A stretch of 64,000 nucleotides of DNA, taken from positions 142,504 to 206,503 of the forward strand of contig CAVUKH010000008.1 of the NCBI GenBank assembly GCA_963742035.1. Reading direction: 5' to 3'. The DNA comes from an uncultured Acidimicrobiaceae bacterium. Lineage in GTDB: Bacteria > Actinomycetota > Acidimicrobiia > Acidimicrobiales > RAAP-2. A model generated the notes under the pieces. It was not told where the DNA came from. It saw only the letters and a list, made by a program, of their open reading frames with translations, and searched no databases. Below are positions 28,358 to 37,338 of this stretch, one piece after another; position 1 is the first letter of the stretch; each line of letters begins with the position of its first letter. Made by a program: the position numbers and the translations under genes.

Positions 28358-29653
28358 TCACAATTCGGGAGCTGACTCTACGTCAGAAACAATTCTCGAG
28401 TGCGGCACGCCCAGGCCGTCCACCGGCCCCATGGCGGCGCGGGCGGCCTCCAGGAAGTCGCCGACGGCCGAGGTGGTGGCCTGGCAACGGAGCGAGGCCA
28501 GGACGTCGAAAGCGTGCTGGGCCAGGGGTAGCTCCGCATATGCAACGGGGGCGCGGGACACTGCACGCAGGCGCTCGACGAACACCCGCGCCGACTCGAC
28601 CGGTACCAATGTGTCGTTGACGCCCTGCAGCACGAAGAACGGCGGTGCATCGGCCCGGACCCGGTAGGTCGGCGAGGCGTCCCGGAAGAGCTCGGGGTGC
28701 TCCGACTCCTCCGTCTTCATCACTCGCTTCTCGAGCATGGTGAGCAGGCCGGGCCCGAAGATGGCCGAGCCGTCGGGCGAACTGGTCAGGTCCATCACGC
28801 CGTAGAAGGGCACAGCGGCCTGGACCGTCGTGTCGGCGTCCTCGAACCCCGGTTGGAAGGTGGGGTCACCGGAGCTCAGCGCGAGGAGGGCGCACAGGTG
28901 CCCACCGGCCGAGCCCCCGCTGACGGCGACGAAGGAGGGGTCGCCCCCGTACTCGTGAATGTGCTCCTTGACCCAGGCCACGGCCTTCTTGGCGTCGACG
29001 ATGTGGTCCGGCCAGGTGGCCTTCGGGCTGAGCCGGTAGTTGATGGCAACGCAGACCCAGCCCCGGGCCACCAGTTCGTACATCATCGGCTTGCCCTGCT
29101 CGCGCTTCTCGCCGATCATCCAGGCGCCGCCGTGGACGTACACCATGACCGGCGCTTTCCCCGGAGGAGCCAGACGGGACTGGTAGACGTCGAGGCGGTG
29201 ACGCTTGGTGTTGTCGCCCCAGTAGTCGATGTTGGCGGTCACCCGGACGGCCCGCGACGGGAACGGGATGGCACGGGTGACCCGCCACCAGCTGCCCCAG
29301 CTGGGCGCGGTGGGCTGCGCGGGCACCGGGAACGCGCCCGACCGCACCTCGGCCAAGGCCGCCGCGGTGACTCCGGCGGCCCGACGACCCGCGACGCCCA
29401 GCCCGATCAGACCCACCCAATCCACCACCACGATGGCCAGTCCGAGCCAACCGGCCCAGTTCGAGAGCGCCCCGGCCCAAATGAAGAGGGCGGTGGCCAC
29501 CGCCTGCCAGACGATGTTCTGGAAAGCCAACTCGCCCGCGATCCAGCCGCACACGAAGCTGAAGACGGTGAACGGCTCTCGCCGGATGGGGCGGTAGGCG
29601 AGCGCCACCGCCACGGCGCCGATGAGGGTCACGGTCAAAAAGGCGTACGGCAC
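28358..29653 (-). CDS. alpha/beta hydrolase (esterase/lipase HGG type) with N-terminal membrane region
   Basis: Oxyanion motif VYVHGGAW and nucleophile elbow VSGGSAGGH, preceded by 3-4 TM segments. The start is uncertain: GTG 29653 was chosen and the ORF extends to 29776. Confidence 0.75.
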   Translation of the reverse strand: MPYAFLTVTLIGAVAVALAYRPIRREPFTVFSFVCGWIAGELAFQNIVWQAVATALFIWAGALSNWAGWLGLAIVVVDWVGLIGLGVAGRRAAGVTAAALAEVRSGAFPVPAQPTAPSWGSWWRVTRAIPFPSRAVRVTANIDYWGDNTKRHRLDVYQSRLAPPGKAPVMVYVHGGAWMIGEKREQGKPMMYELVARGWVCVAINYRLSPKATWPDHIVDAKKAVAWVKEHIHEYGGDPSFVAVSGGSAGGHLCALLALSSGDPTFQPGFEDADTTVQAAVPFYGVMDLTSSPDGSAIFGPGLLTMLEKRVMKTEESEHPELFRDASPTYRVRADAPPFFVLQGVNDTLVPVESARVFVERLRAVSRAPVAYAELPLAQHAFDVLASLRCQATTSAVGDFLEAARAAMGPVDGLGVPHSRIVSDVESAPEL

Positions 29654-29774
29654 TCCACCATCTTCGCCCGGGCGCGGCCTCCTTGCAGGTCCACCCTGGT
29701 CGGAGGTGTGCCCCGCCCGTTTGCCCTGGCCGTTATGGAGGCGCGAGCTTATGCACGATGACCAAGGAGAGCCC

Positions 29775-31292
29775 ATGACCCCCGAACGGCTGACCGGGCT
29801 CGATGCGAGTTTCCTCTACATGGAGACCCCGACCCTCCACATGCACGTGGCCATGACGGCCGTCTTCGACCCGTCGACCGTGCCCGGCGGGTACTCCTTC
29901 CGCCGCATCCGCCAGCTCATCAACGACCGCATTCCCCTGGCGCCCGTCTTCCAGCGGCGCCTGGTCGAGGTGCCGATGCGGCTCGGCCACCCGGTCTGGG
30001 TCGACGATCCAGAGTTCGACATCGACAACCACCTGCGGCGGGCCGCGCTGCCCTCGCCGGGCGGCATGCGCGAGCTGGGCGACTTCGCGGCGGACGTCAT
30101 CAGTCGGCAGCTCCATCGTGACCGCCCGCTGTGGGAGATGTGGATTGTGGAGGGGCTGGAGGACGGGAAGATCGCCCTCGTGATCAAGATGCACCACAGC
30201 ACCATCGACGGGGTTTCCGGGGCCGAGTTACTCGGGGTCCTCTTCGACCTGGAGCCCAACACCCCCGAGACGCGCGCCCAGACCGCGCGCCCCCTCGACT
30301 CCCGCATCCCCTCCGGACTGGAATTGGTCTCACAGGCGATGATCGCGGGTCTCGTGGCGCCGTTCGACCTCGGGTGCACCGTGCTGCGGACAACCCGGAA
30401 CATTTTCGACGTGCGCCGGATCCGCCAGGGACTCACCGGCAAGGCCGCCCTGCCCTTGACCGCGCCGCGTACCTCCATCAACGTCGCGGTGCACGCCCGG
30501 CGGCGCGTCGCCTTCGCCGCGGCGAGCCTGGCCGACGCCAAGGCAGTGAAGAACAAGATGGACACCACGGTCAACGACGTTGTGCTGGCCATGTGCACCG
30601 GCGCCCTGCGCACGTACCTGCTGGCGGGCGACGAGCTCCCCGACATCCCGCTCGTCTCTGTCGTACCGGTCTCCGTCGCGCCCGACGTCGCCGGGTTGAA
30701 GGGATCCAACAAGGTGTCCGCCATGTTCGTGCAGCTGCCTTGCCACATTGAGGACCCGTTGGAACGCCTGCGTTTCATCCACGAAGGCACCAAGGGGGCC
30801 AAAGAGGAGCATCAGGCGCTCGGGGCGACGACGCTGCAGGACTGGGCCGAGCACGCCACACCAAACGTCTTCGCCGCCGCCGCCAGGCTCTACACCGGCA
30901 TGAAGCTGGCCGATCGGCACCGGCCCGTCGCCAACCTGGTGGTGTCGAATGTGCCCGGCCCGGATTTCCCCCTCTACCTGGCCGGGAGCCGGATGCTGGG
31001 CATGTTCCCGCTTGGCCCGGTGATGGACGGCATGGGTCTGAACATCACGATCATGAGCAACTTGGGCGTCCTCTACTGGGGGTTGGCGTCCGATGCTCGC
31101 GCCGTCCCGCGCCTGTGGGACGTCGCCGCCGCCATCCCGCGTGCCCTGACCGAGTTGATGGAGGCGGCCGGGCTCGAGGCCGAGCCGTTCGACGTCCCGA
31201 TCCACCTGGGGCCCGGCATGCCACCGACGGCAAACTGGATCCGCACCGCGACGGCGGACGGGACCGAGACGACCGGTAGCGTGGGCGCATGA
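29775..31292 (+). CDS. wax ester synthase/diacylglycerol acyltransferase (WS/DGAT)
   Basis: ATG 29775 is preceded by AAGGAGA. N-terminus MTPERLTGLDASFLYMETP and catalytic HHSTIDGVSG (HHxxxDG). Confidence 0.9.
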   Translation: MTPERLTGLDASFLYMETPTLHMHVAMTAVFDPSTVPGGYSFRRIRQLINDRIPLAPVFQRRLVEVPMRLGHPVWVDDPEFDIDNHLRRAALPSPGGMRELGDFAADVISRQLHRDRPLWEMWIVEGLEDGKIALVIKMHHSTIDGVSGAELLGVLFDLEPNTPETRAQTARPLDSRIPSGLELVSQAMIAGLVAPFDLGCTVLRTTRNIFDVRRIRQGLTGKAALPLTAPRTSINVAVHARRRVAFAAASLADAKAVKNKMDTTVNDVVLAMCTGALRTYLLAGDELPDIPLVSVVPVSVAPDVAGLKGSNKVSAMFVQLPCHIEDPLERLRFIHEGTKGAKEEHQALGATTLQDWAEHATPNVFAAAARLYTGMKLADRHRPVANLVVSNVPGPDFPLYLAGSRMLGMFPLGPVMDGMGLNITIMSNLGVLYWGLASDARAVPRLWDVAAAIPRALTELMEAAGLEAEPFDVPIHLGPGMPPTANWIRTATADGTETTGSVGA

Positions 31293-31747
31293 CCGTTCGG
31301 GAGCTGGGCCACCTGGTGTTGTACGTGCGCGACCTCGGACGCTCCGTGGACTTCTATCGCGACGTGCTGGGCTGGCGACAGGTCCTGCCGGGACCCGGAG
31401 AGACACCCGTTGGTGCCGCGGGGTTTTCCTCGGGCCGGACGCATCACGAGCTCCTGCTCATCGAAGTCGGTGCCGACGCCACGCCGATCCCGTCGGGACG
31501 TCGCGTCGGGATGTACCACTTCGGGCTCAACGTCGGGGAGACCGACGACGACCTGCGCGCCGCGCTGGTGGCGGTCCAGGCGGCCGGCGCCACCGTCGTC
31601 GGCTCGGCCGATCACACCGTGACGCACAGCATCTACATCCTCGACCCGGACGGGAACGAGATCGAGCTCTACGTCGACGTACCCGGAGTGGACTGGCAAT
31701 CGGACCCGACCCTCGTCGGTGCCGCCATCCGGCCCCTCCAGCTCTGA
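31289..31747 (+). CDS. VOC (glyoxalase/bleomycin resistance/extradiol dioxygenase) family protein
   Basis: LGHLVLYVRDLGRSVDFYRDVLGW and a C-terminal SIYILDPDGNEIELY. The ATG overlaps the WS/DGAT TGA (ATGA). Confidence 0.8.
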   Translation: MTVRELGHLVLYVRDLGRSVDFYRDVLGWRQVLPGPGETPVGAAGFSSGRTHHELLLIEVGADATPIPSGRRVGMYHFGLNVGETDDDLRAALVAVQAAGATVVGSADHTVTHSIYILDPDGNEIELYVDVPGVDWQSDPTLVGAAIRPLQL

Positions 31748-31778
31748 CCGGCTCGTCCGGTCACGTGCGCGCACGACG

Positions 31779-32411
31779 GTGACCGACGCGCCGCGCATCG
31801 TGCGCGCCGACCGCGAAGGCGAACGTCTCGCGGCAGACTGCCTCTGTCACGGCGGCGTCGCCGTCCTGCCGACCGACACCGTCTACGGATTGGCGGCTCG
31901 GCCGGTGGAGGCCGAGGCGGTACGCGCCATCTATCGCATGAAGGGGCGCCCCGAGGGCATGCACCTTCCCGTCCTGGCCCCGTCCGTGCAGCACGTACGT
32001 GTGCTCGGCGTCACCTGGACCCCGGGAGCCGAGGCGCTGGCCCGACGTTGGTGGCCCGGGCCCCTGACCCTGGCCTTCGGCTTCGAGCCAAGCCTCGAGC
32101 GGCCGTCGTGGCTCGACGGCCGCGCCGAGGTGGCCGTGCGCATTCCCGACCACGACTTCCTGCGCGGGCTCCTCGAGCTGACCGGCGTGCTCGTCGTCAC
32201 CAGCGCCAACGCCCACGGCGCGGCCACGCCGCGCCGGGTCCGGGACGTGGTGGCCGCGCTCGGTTCCCCGGCGGACCTGATCGTCGACGGCGGGGAGCTG
32301 CGCGACGTTCCCTCCACGCTGGTCAACGTCAGCCGGCCCGACCCGTCCGTGGAGCGTGAGGGCGCCATACCGCGTCAGGCCATCGCGGAAGTCCTGCGGG
32401 AGGCCCGGTGA
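31779..32411 (+). CDS. tsaC: L-threonylcarbamoyladenylate synthase (YrdC/Sua5 domain)
   Basis: ORF 31719..32411 trimmed to GTG 31779. VAVLPTDTVYGLAA, KGRP, WPGPLTL, VTSANAHG. Confidence 0.85.
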   Translation: MTDAPRIVRADREGERLAADCLCHGGVAVLPTDTVYGLAARPVEAEAVRAIYRMKGRPEGMHLPVLAPSVQHVRVLGVTWTPGAEALARRWWPGPLTLAFGFEPSLERPSWLDGRAEVAVRIPDHDFLRGLLELTGVLVVTSANAHGAATPRRVRDVVAALGSPADLIVDGGELRDVPSTLVNVSRPDPSVEREGAIPRQAIAEVLREAR

Positions 32412-33406
32412 GCCGGACCCTGCTGGCCATAGAGACGTCGTGCGATGAAACGGCGGCCGCCGTCGTCGACGACGAGCTGTCGGTGCGCTCCTCTGTGGTC
32501 GCCAGCCAGATCGATCTGCATGCCGAGTTCGGCGGGGTCGTACCGGAGCTGGCCAGCCGTGCCCACCTGGAGACGGTGACGCCCGTCATCGACCGGGCCC
32601 TGCGCGAGGCCGACATCTCCGGGAAGGACCTGACCGCCGTCGCCGTCACCGCGGGTCCCGGTCTGGTCGGCGCACTGCTCGTCGGCATCGCCACAGCCAA
32701 GGCACTGGCCCTGGGCTGGGGACTCCCCGTCGTGGGTGTCAATCATCTGGAGGGTCATCTGGCCAGCGTGTACCTCGCCGACCCCGAGGTGCCGTTCCCC
32801 CAGATCGCACTGCTGGTGTCGGGGGGCCACTGCATGCTGACCCGCTGCACCGGGCCGGGACACTACGAACTCCTCGGCGAGACCGTGGACGACTCCATCG
32901 GCGAGGCGTACGACAAGGTGGCGCGCTATCTCGGTCTGGGGTACCCCGGTGGGCCGGTCTTGGATCGGTTGGCCGCCGGCGGCACCGACGTGCTCGCCTT
33001 CCCCCGGCCCATGCTCGCCGAGGGCTATGCCTTCTCGTTCTCGGGGCTCAAGACCGCGGTCGTCAACCACGTGCGCGCCGACCCCGCCTTTTCGGAAGCC
33101 GAGGTCGCGGCGTCGTTCGTCGCCGCCTGCATGGACGTGCTGATCGCCAAGCTCCGCCGTGCGCTCGATGAGTTCGGCGACCCCGCGATGGCGATCGTCG
33201 GCGGGGTGGCGGCCAGCCCGATTTTGCGGGCGCGGGCCCAGGTCCTAGCCGACGAATTCGGCACGAGGTTGCTCATCCCCCCTCCGGCCATGGCGACCGA
33301 CAACGCGGCCATGATCGGCGTTGCCGGTTGGCACAAACTCAGGGCCGGCGGCGCCAGCCCAACCTCCTTCGGACCCGAGCCCGACCTGCGCCTCCGTTTC
33401 GCCTAG
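32408..33406 (+). CDS. tsaD: tRNA N6-adenosine threonylcarbamoyltransferase
   Basis: LAIETSCDETAAAVV, VNHLEGHL, SGGHC. The GTG overlaps the tsaC TGA (GTGA). Confidence 0.95.
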   Translation: MSRTLLAIETSCDETAAAVVDDELSVRSSVVASQIDLHAEFGGVVPELASRAHLETVTPVIDRALREADISGKDLTAVAVTAGPGLVGALLVGIATAKALALGWGLPVVGVNHLEGHLASVYLADPEVPFPQIALLVSGGHCMLTRCTGPGHYELLGETVDDSIGEAYDKVARYLGLGYPGGPVLDRLAAGGTDVLAFPRPMLAEGYAFSFSGLKTAVVNHVRADPAFSEAEVAASFVAACMDVLIAKLRRALDEFGDPAMAIVGGVAASPILRARAQVLADEFGTRLLIPPPAMATDNAAMIGVAGWHKLRAGGASPTSFGPEPDLRLRFA

Positions 33407-33696
33407 GTGTCGGCCGCCCGCCGCGCCCGATATCGGCGCGCCCGTGAGCCGAACAGGTGTGAGGAGAGATCGCACACCACACCCAGGGCCACGATGAGCC
33501 AGCCGAACGGGTCCACGCCTTTCCCCGGCGCGTAGACAAGCGCGTAGAAGAGCGTGGTGTATGGCAGGAGGAGGAAGCCGATGATGCCCTCCCAGCCGGA
33601 CCGGAAGGCGATGGTCAGGCGGTCCGTGAAGACCCAGAGCAAGAAGATGACGAAGCGCGGTGAGATGGCGGCCAGGAGCGCCAGGAGACAGCCCAC
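33403..33696 (-). CDS. small hypothetical membrane protein (97 aa)
   Basis: Three hydrophobic segments and a basic C-terminal tail, with GC-rich third codon positions. Its stop shares a CTAG with the convergent tsaD stop. Confidence 0.5.
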   Translation of the reverse strand: MGCLLALLAAISPRFVIFLLWVFTDRLTIAFRSGWEGIIGFLLLPYTTLFYALVYAPGKGVDPFGWLIVALGVVCDLSSHLFGSRARRYRARRAADT

Positions 33697-33699
33697 GGC

Positions 33700-34935
33700 T
33701 CAGAGGGGCAGCCCGCCGGTCGCCGCATTCGTCGACCCCGTGTCCGTGTAGGCCGCAATGGTGCGCTCGGCGATGCGCATCTGGTGGATCTCGTCGGCAC
33801 CGTCGGCGAACCGGGCCCACCGAGCGTGCTGCAACATGTTGGCCAGTGGCGTGTCAGTGGAGTACCCCAGCGCGCCGTGCACCTGCATGGAGCGGTCGAT
33901 GATGCGGTTGAGGCTGTTGGCCACGAAGTGCTTGGTCATGGAGACCTCCGTGCGGAAGTCGTCGCCACGATCGATCTTGTACGCCGCGTGGAGCACCATC
34001 AGTTTGCACTGGTACAACTCCATGGCCGAGTCGGCGATGAGCCACTGCACGCCCTGCTTCTCCGCCAGCAGCGATCCATGCGAATACCGGTGCAGCGAGC
34101 GGCCCACCATCATGTCGAGCGCCGTCTCGGCCTGGGCGATCCAACGCATGCAGTGGGCCAGCCGGGCCGGCCCCAGCCGGTACTGTCCGAGGCGGTGGCC
34201 GTTGCCCCGCCCGCCGAGAATCTGCGCGTCGTGCACGCGCAGGTCGGTGATGACGATCTCGGAGTGGCCGGTGGACCCGTGCATGGTCTCGACCTCGCGG
34301 ACATCGTTCCAGCCCTCGGCCGGGAGATCGACCAGGAACGCCGTGTTCGCACCCCGCGACCCCGGGGGGACATCCGGCTCGGTCCGGGCTACCAGAATGG
34401 CGAATTGGGACCGCCGCGCATTCGAGATGAACCACTTGTGACCATTGATGATCCACTCCTCCCCGTCCTTCTCCGCCCTGGTTTGGATCAGCGTCGGGTC
34501 GGAGCCGGCGACCTCCGGCTCGGTCATGGCGAAACAGGACATGGCCGTGCCCTCGCACAGACGGCGGAGGTAGTTGTCTTTCTGGGCGTCGGTGCCCCAG
34601 TGCAGGAGGGTGTGCATGTTGCCCTCGTCCGGAGCCATGCAATTGAGGATCCAGGGTCCCAGGCGTGTCTTGCCGGCCTCCGCCTGGACCATGGCCAGCT
34701 CGACATGGCCGAGACCCATGCCTCCCCACTCGACGGGCATGTGGGGCAGCCACAGGCCGGCCCGCTTGGCCTCCTCGCGCAACTCGAGAATGGTGACGAG
34801 GTAGTCTCGCCGCGACGTGACGGTGGACTCGTCGTCGAATCCCTTGATCCGCGGCTGCACCGTGTCCTGAATGAAGGAACGCACCCGGAGGCGGATCTCC
34901 TCGTGCTCCGGGGCAAGGGTGAAATCGATGGCCAT
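33700..34935 (-). CDS. acyl-CoA dehydrogenase
   Basis: MAIDFTLAPEHEEIRLRVRSFI, AMTEPEVAGSD, WFISN, C-terminal ADGADEIHQMRIAE. Confidence 0.9.
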   Translation of the reverse strand: MAIDFTLAPEHEEIRLRVRSFIQDTVQPRIKGFDDESTVTSRRDYLVTILELREEAKRAGLWLPHMPVEWGGMGLGHVELAMVQAEAGKTRLGPWILNCMAPDEGNMHTLLHWGTDAQKDNYLRRLCEGTAMSCFAMTEPEVAGSDPTLIQTRAEKDGEEWIINGHKWFISNARRSQFAILVARTEPDVPPGSRGANTAFLVDLPAEGWNDVREVETMHGSTGHSEIVITDLRVHDAQILGGRGNGHRLGQYRLGPARLAHCMRWIAQAETALDMMVGRSLHRYSHGSLLAEKQGVQWLIADSAMELYQCKLMVLHAAYKIDRGDDFRTEVSMTKHFVANSLNRIIDRSMQVHGALGYSTDTPLANMLQHARWARFADGADEIHQMRIAERTIAAYTDTGSTNAATGGLPL

Positions 34936-34955
34936 GGGCCGCCTTCCTCGGTCGC

Positions 34956-36653
34956 CTAATAGAGGCCGACCACGTTGCCGTTCTCGTCGATGTCGATCCG
35001 CTCCGCCGCCGGACTGCTCGAGAGCCCGGGCATGGTGCGCATGTCACCGCTGATCAGGTAGACGAATCCGGCGCCGACGTTGGCTCTCGCCTCGCGCACG
35101 GGGAGGCGCCACCCCCGCGGGGCACCCCGGAGGGTGGGGTCCGAGGAGATGGAGAGGTGGGTCTTGGCGATGCACACCGGGAACGAGCCGAACCCCGCCC
35201 GCTCGTACATGTCGAGCTGGCCGCTCGCCCTCGGAAGGTAGTCGACCCCATCGGCGCCGTAGATCTCGATCGCCACCAGCTCGATCTTCTGCCGGAGTGT
35301 CGCCCCGTCGTCGTAGAGCATGCGGAATTCCCCGGGCTCGGCGGTGGCCTCCACCACCGCCTCCGCCAGCTCGACCGCACCCTTCCCACCGTTCTCGAAG
35401 TGCGTGCAGACGGCCGCTCGCGCCCCCACCGACGCCGCGATCTCGCGGATGGTCGCGTGCTCGGAAGGGAAGTCGCCGGCCATCGCGTTGATGGCGACGA
35501 CCGGGGTGACGCCATGACGCCGCACGATGGCCAGGTGCGCCAGCAGGTTGGCCGCACCGAGCTGGACCTCCTCGGGGTTCTCGTCCAGCATGGCCGGCGG
35601 CAGCGGGCGCCCCGCCACGACCCGGTGCCGTCCCGAATGCAGCTTCATTGCCCTGACCGTCGTCACCACCACGGCGGCATCGGGCGTGAGGCCCGAGGTC
35701 CGGCACTTGATGTTGAAGAAGCGCTCCGCACCCATGTCGGCTCCGAAACCCGCCTCGGTGACGAGGAACTCTCCGGCATGCATCCCGATCAGGTCTGCCA
35801 CCACCGACGAGTTCCCGTGGGCGATGTTGCCGAAGGGGCCCGCGTGGACGAGCGCCGGGGTGTTCTCGAGGGTCTGCAACAGGTTCGGCTTCATGGCGTC
35901 ACGCATGACCACGGTCATGGCTCCGGCCGCGCGGATCTGCTCCGCAGTGACCGGGGCGCCGGCCGAGGTGTACCCCACCACAATGCGCCCCATGCGCTCG
36001 CGCATGTCGCGCAACGAAGTCGAGAGCGCGAGGACGGCCATCACTTCGGAGGCCGGCGTGATGTCGAACCCGGTCTGCCGGGGCGTGCCGTCCTGCTTCG
36101 TCCCCAGTCCGCTCACAATGTGCCGGAGCGACCGGTCATTGACGTCGAGCACGCGCTTCCACGTGACGTCGTGCGGATCGAGGCCCTCTGCGTTGCCGTG
36201 ATAGATGTGGTTGTCCACCATGGCGGCCAGGAGGTTGTTGGCCGCGGTCACCGCGTGCAGGTCGCCCGTGAGGTGCAGGTTCAGGCTCTCGAAGGGGACC
36301 ACCTGGCTGTAACCACCACCGGCGGCGCCACCCTTGATGCCGAAGGTCGGCCCCATGGAGGGCTGGCGGATGGCGATGGTCGCCTGGCGCCCGATGCACC
36401 CCAGAGCTTGACCGAGGCCCACCGTCGTGGTCGTCTTGCCCTCCCCGAGGGGCGTCGGGGTCACGGCCGTGACGACGACGTATCGGGCCCGGGGCCGATC
36501 AGCCAGGGCTTCGATGGCATCGAGGCTGATTTTCGCCACCTCGGTGCCGTATGGCTCGAGGAGCCCGGGGTCGATCCCCATCTGTGCGGCGATATCGGTC
36601 ATCGGGCGCAAGGTGGCCCGCCGCGCGATTTCGATGGCCGGAGGAAGAGTCAC
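34956..36653 (-). CDS. fhs: formate--tetrahydrofolate ligase
   Basis: TAVTPTPLGEGKTTTTVGL and the rest of the canonical FTHFS sequence, 565 aa. GTG start. Confidence 0.95.
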   Translation of the reverse strand: MTLPPAIEIARRATLRPMTDIAAQMGIDPGLLEPYGTEVAKISLDAIEALADRPRARYVVVTAVTPTPLGEGKTTTTVGLGQALGCIGRQATIAIRQPSMGPTFGIKGGAAGGGYSQVVPFESLNLHLTGDLHAVTAANNLLAAMVDNHIYHGNAEGLDPHDVTWKRVLDVNDRSLRHIVSGLGTKQDGTPRQTGFDITPASEVMAVLALSTSLRDMRERMGRIVVGYTSAGAPVTAEQIRAAGAMTVVMRDAMKPNLLQTLENTPALVHAGPFGNIAHGNSSVVADLIGMHAGEFLVTEAGFGADMGAERFFNIKCRTSGLTPDAAVVVTTVRAMKLHSGRHRVVAGRPLPPAMLDENPEEVQLGAANLLAHLAIVRRHGVTPVVAINAMAGDFPSEHATIREIAASVGARAAVCTHFENGGKGAVELAEAVVEATAEPGEFRMLYDDGATLRQKIELVAIEIYGADGVDYLPRASGQLDMYERAGFGSFPVCIAKTHLSISSDPTLRGAPRGWRLPVREARANVGAGFVYLISGDMRTMPGLSSSPAAERIDIDENGNVVGLY

Positions 36654-36797
36654 CGGCAGGGATCATGCCAGACGGATGGGAGCGACCGCCCTCCTGCATT
36701 GCACGCAGGCCGCTCCGCTTCGGCCTACCCTCGGGGATGCGCGCTCCGACCAGGACGGGGCGTCGGCCCGATGGAGGGCCCGGAAAGGAGCGTTGCC

Positions 36798-37307
36798 ATG
36801 TCCAAGTCTGATGGTGTCTTCATCTACATCGGGACCTACTCCAGCGAGGTGGACGCCCGGGCCGACTACGACGTTGTGAAGGACCTGCGCGCCGCCGGTG
36901 TCGTGGGTACCTACGACGCCGCCGTCATCACCAAGGACGACAAGGGAAAGATCCACGTCAACAAGGACGAAACGACGACCCGGCACGGCGCCTGGGGCGG
37001 TGCCGCCGCCGGTGCCCTGATCGGCATCCTGTTCCCGCCGTCCATCATCGGATCGGCCATTGTGGGCGCCGCCATCGGCGGCGTCAGCGGGCACCTGTGG
37101 AAGGGGATGTCTCGCGCCGACGTCAAGGAGTTCGGCGAAGCCATAGACGCCGGCGAAGCCGCGTTGGTGATCGTCGGCGAGACGACGATTGAAAGCGCCA
37201 TCGAGAAGGCGGGGCTCAAGGCCCAGAAGAAGGTCGCCAAGGAGCTCCAGGTCGACAAGAAGGATGTCGACCAGGCGGTGCAGGAGGCCGCGGGGTCGAT
37301 CTCCTGA
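36798..37307 (+). CDS. DUF1269-like membrane protein
   Basis: ATG 36798 is preceded by AAAGGAG. It has a Gly-rich TM core GAWGGAAAGALIGILFPPSIIGSAIVGAAIGGVSG flanked by soluble segments. Confidence 0.65.
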   Translation: MSKSDGVFIYIGTYSSEVDARADYDVVKDLRAAGVVGTYDAAVITKDDKGKIHVNKDETTTRHGAWGGAAAGALIGILFPPSIIGSAIVGAAIGGVSGHLWKGMSRADVKEFGEAIDAGEAALVIVGETTIESAIEKAGLKAQKKVAKELQVDKKDVDQAVQEAAGSIS

Positions 37308-37338
37308 TTCGTCGCCCGCTCGCACCTACCCGCGACCC

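Noticed and set aside
36654-36797. Possible ZTP (pfl) or THF riboswitch in the fhs leader.
   Set aside because: fhs is a common ZTP-riboswitch target, and the minus-strand leader has loosely similar strings (UCCUGGUCGG, GCGGCCUGCGUGC). The conserved ACUGGCG and CCGCCUGGGC cores are not matched, and I could not build the pseudoknot by eye. An Infernal scan with RF01750/RF01831 is needed before any claim.
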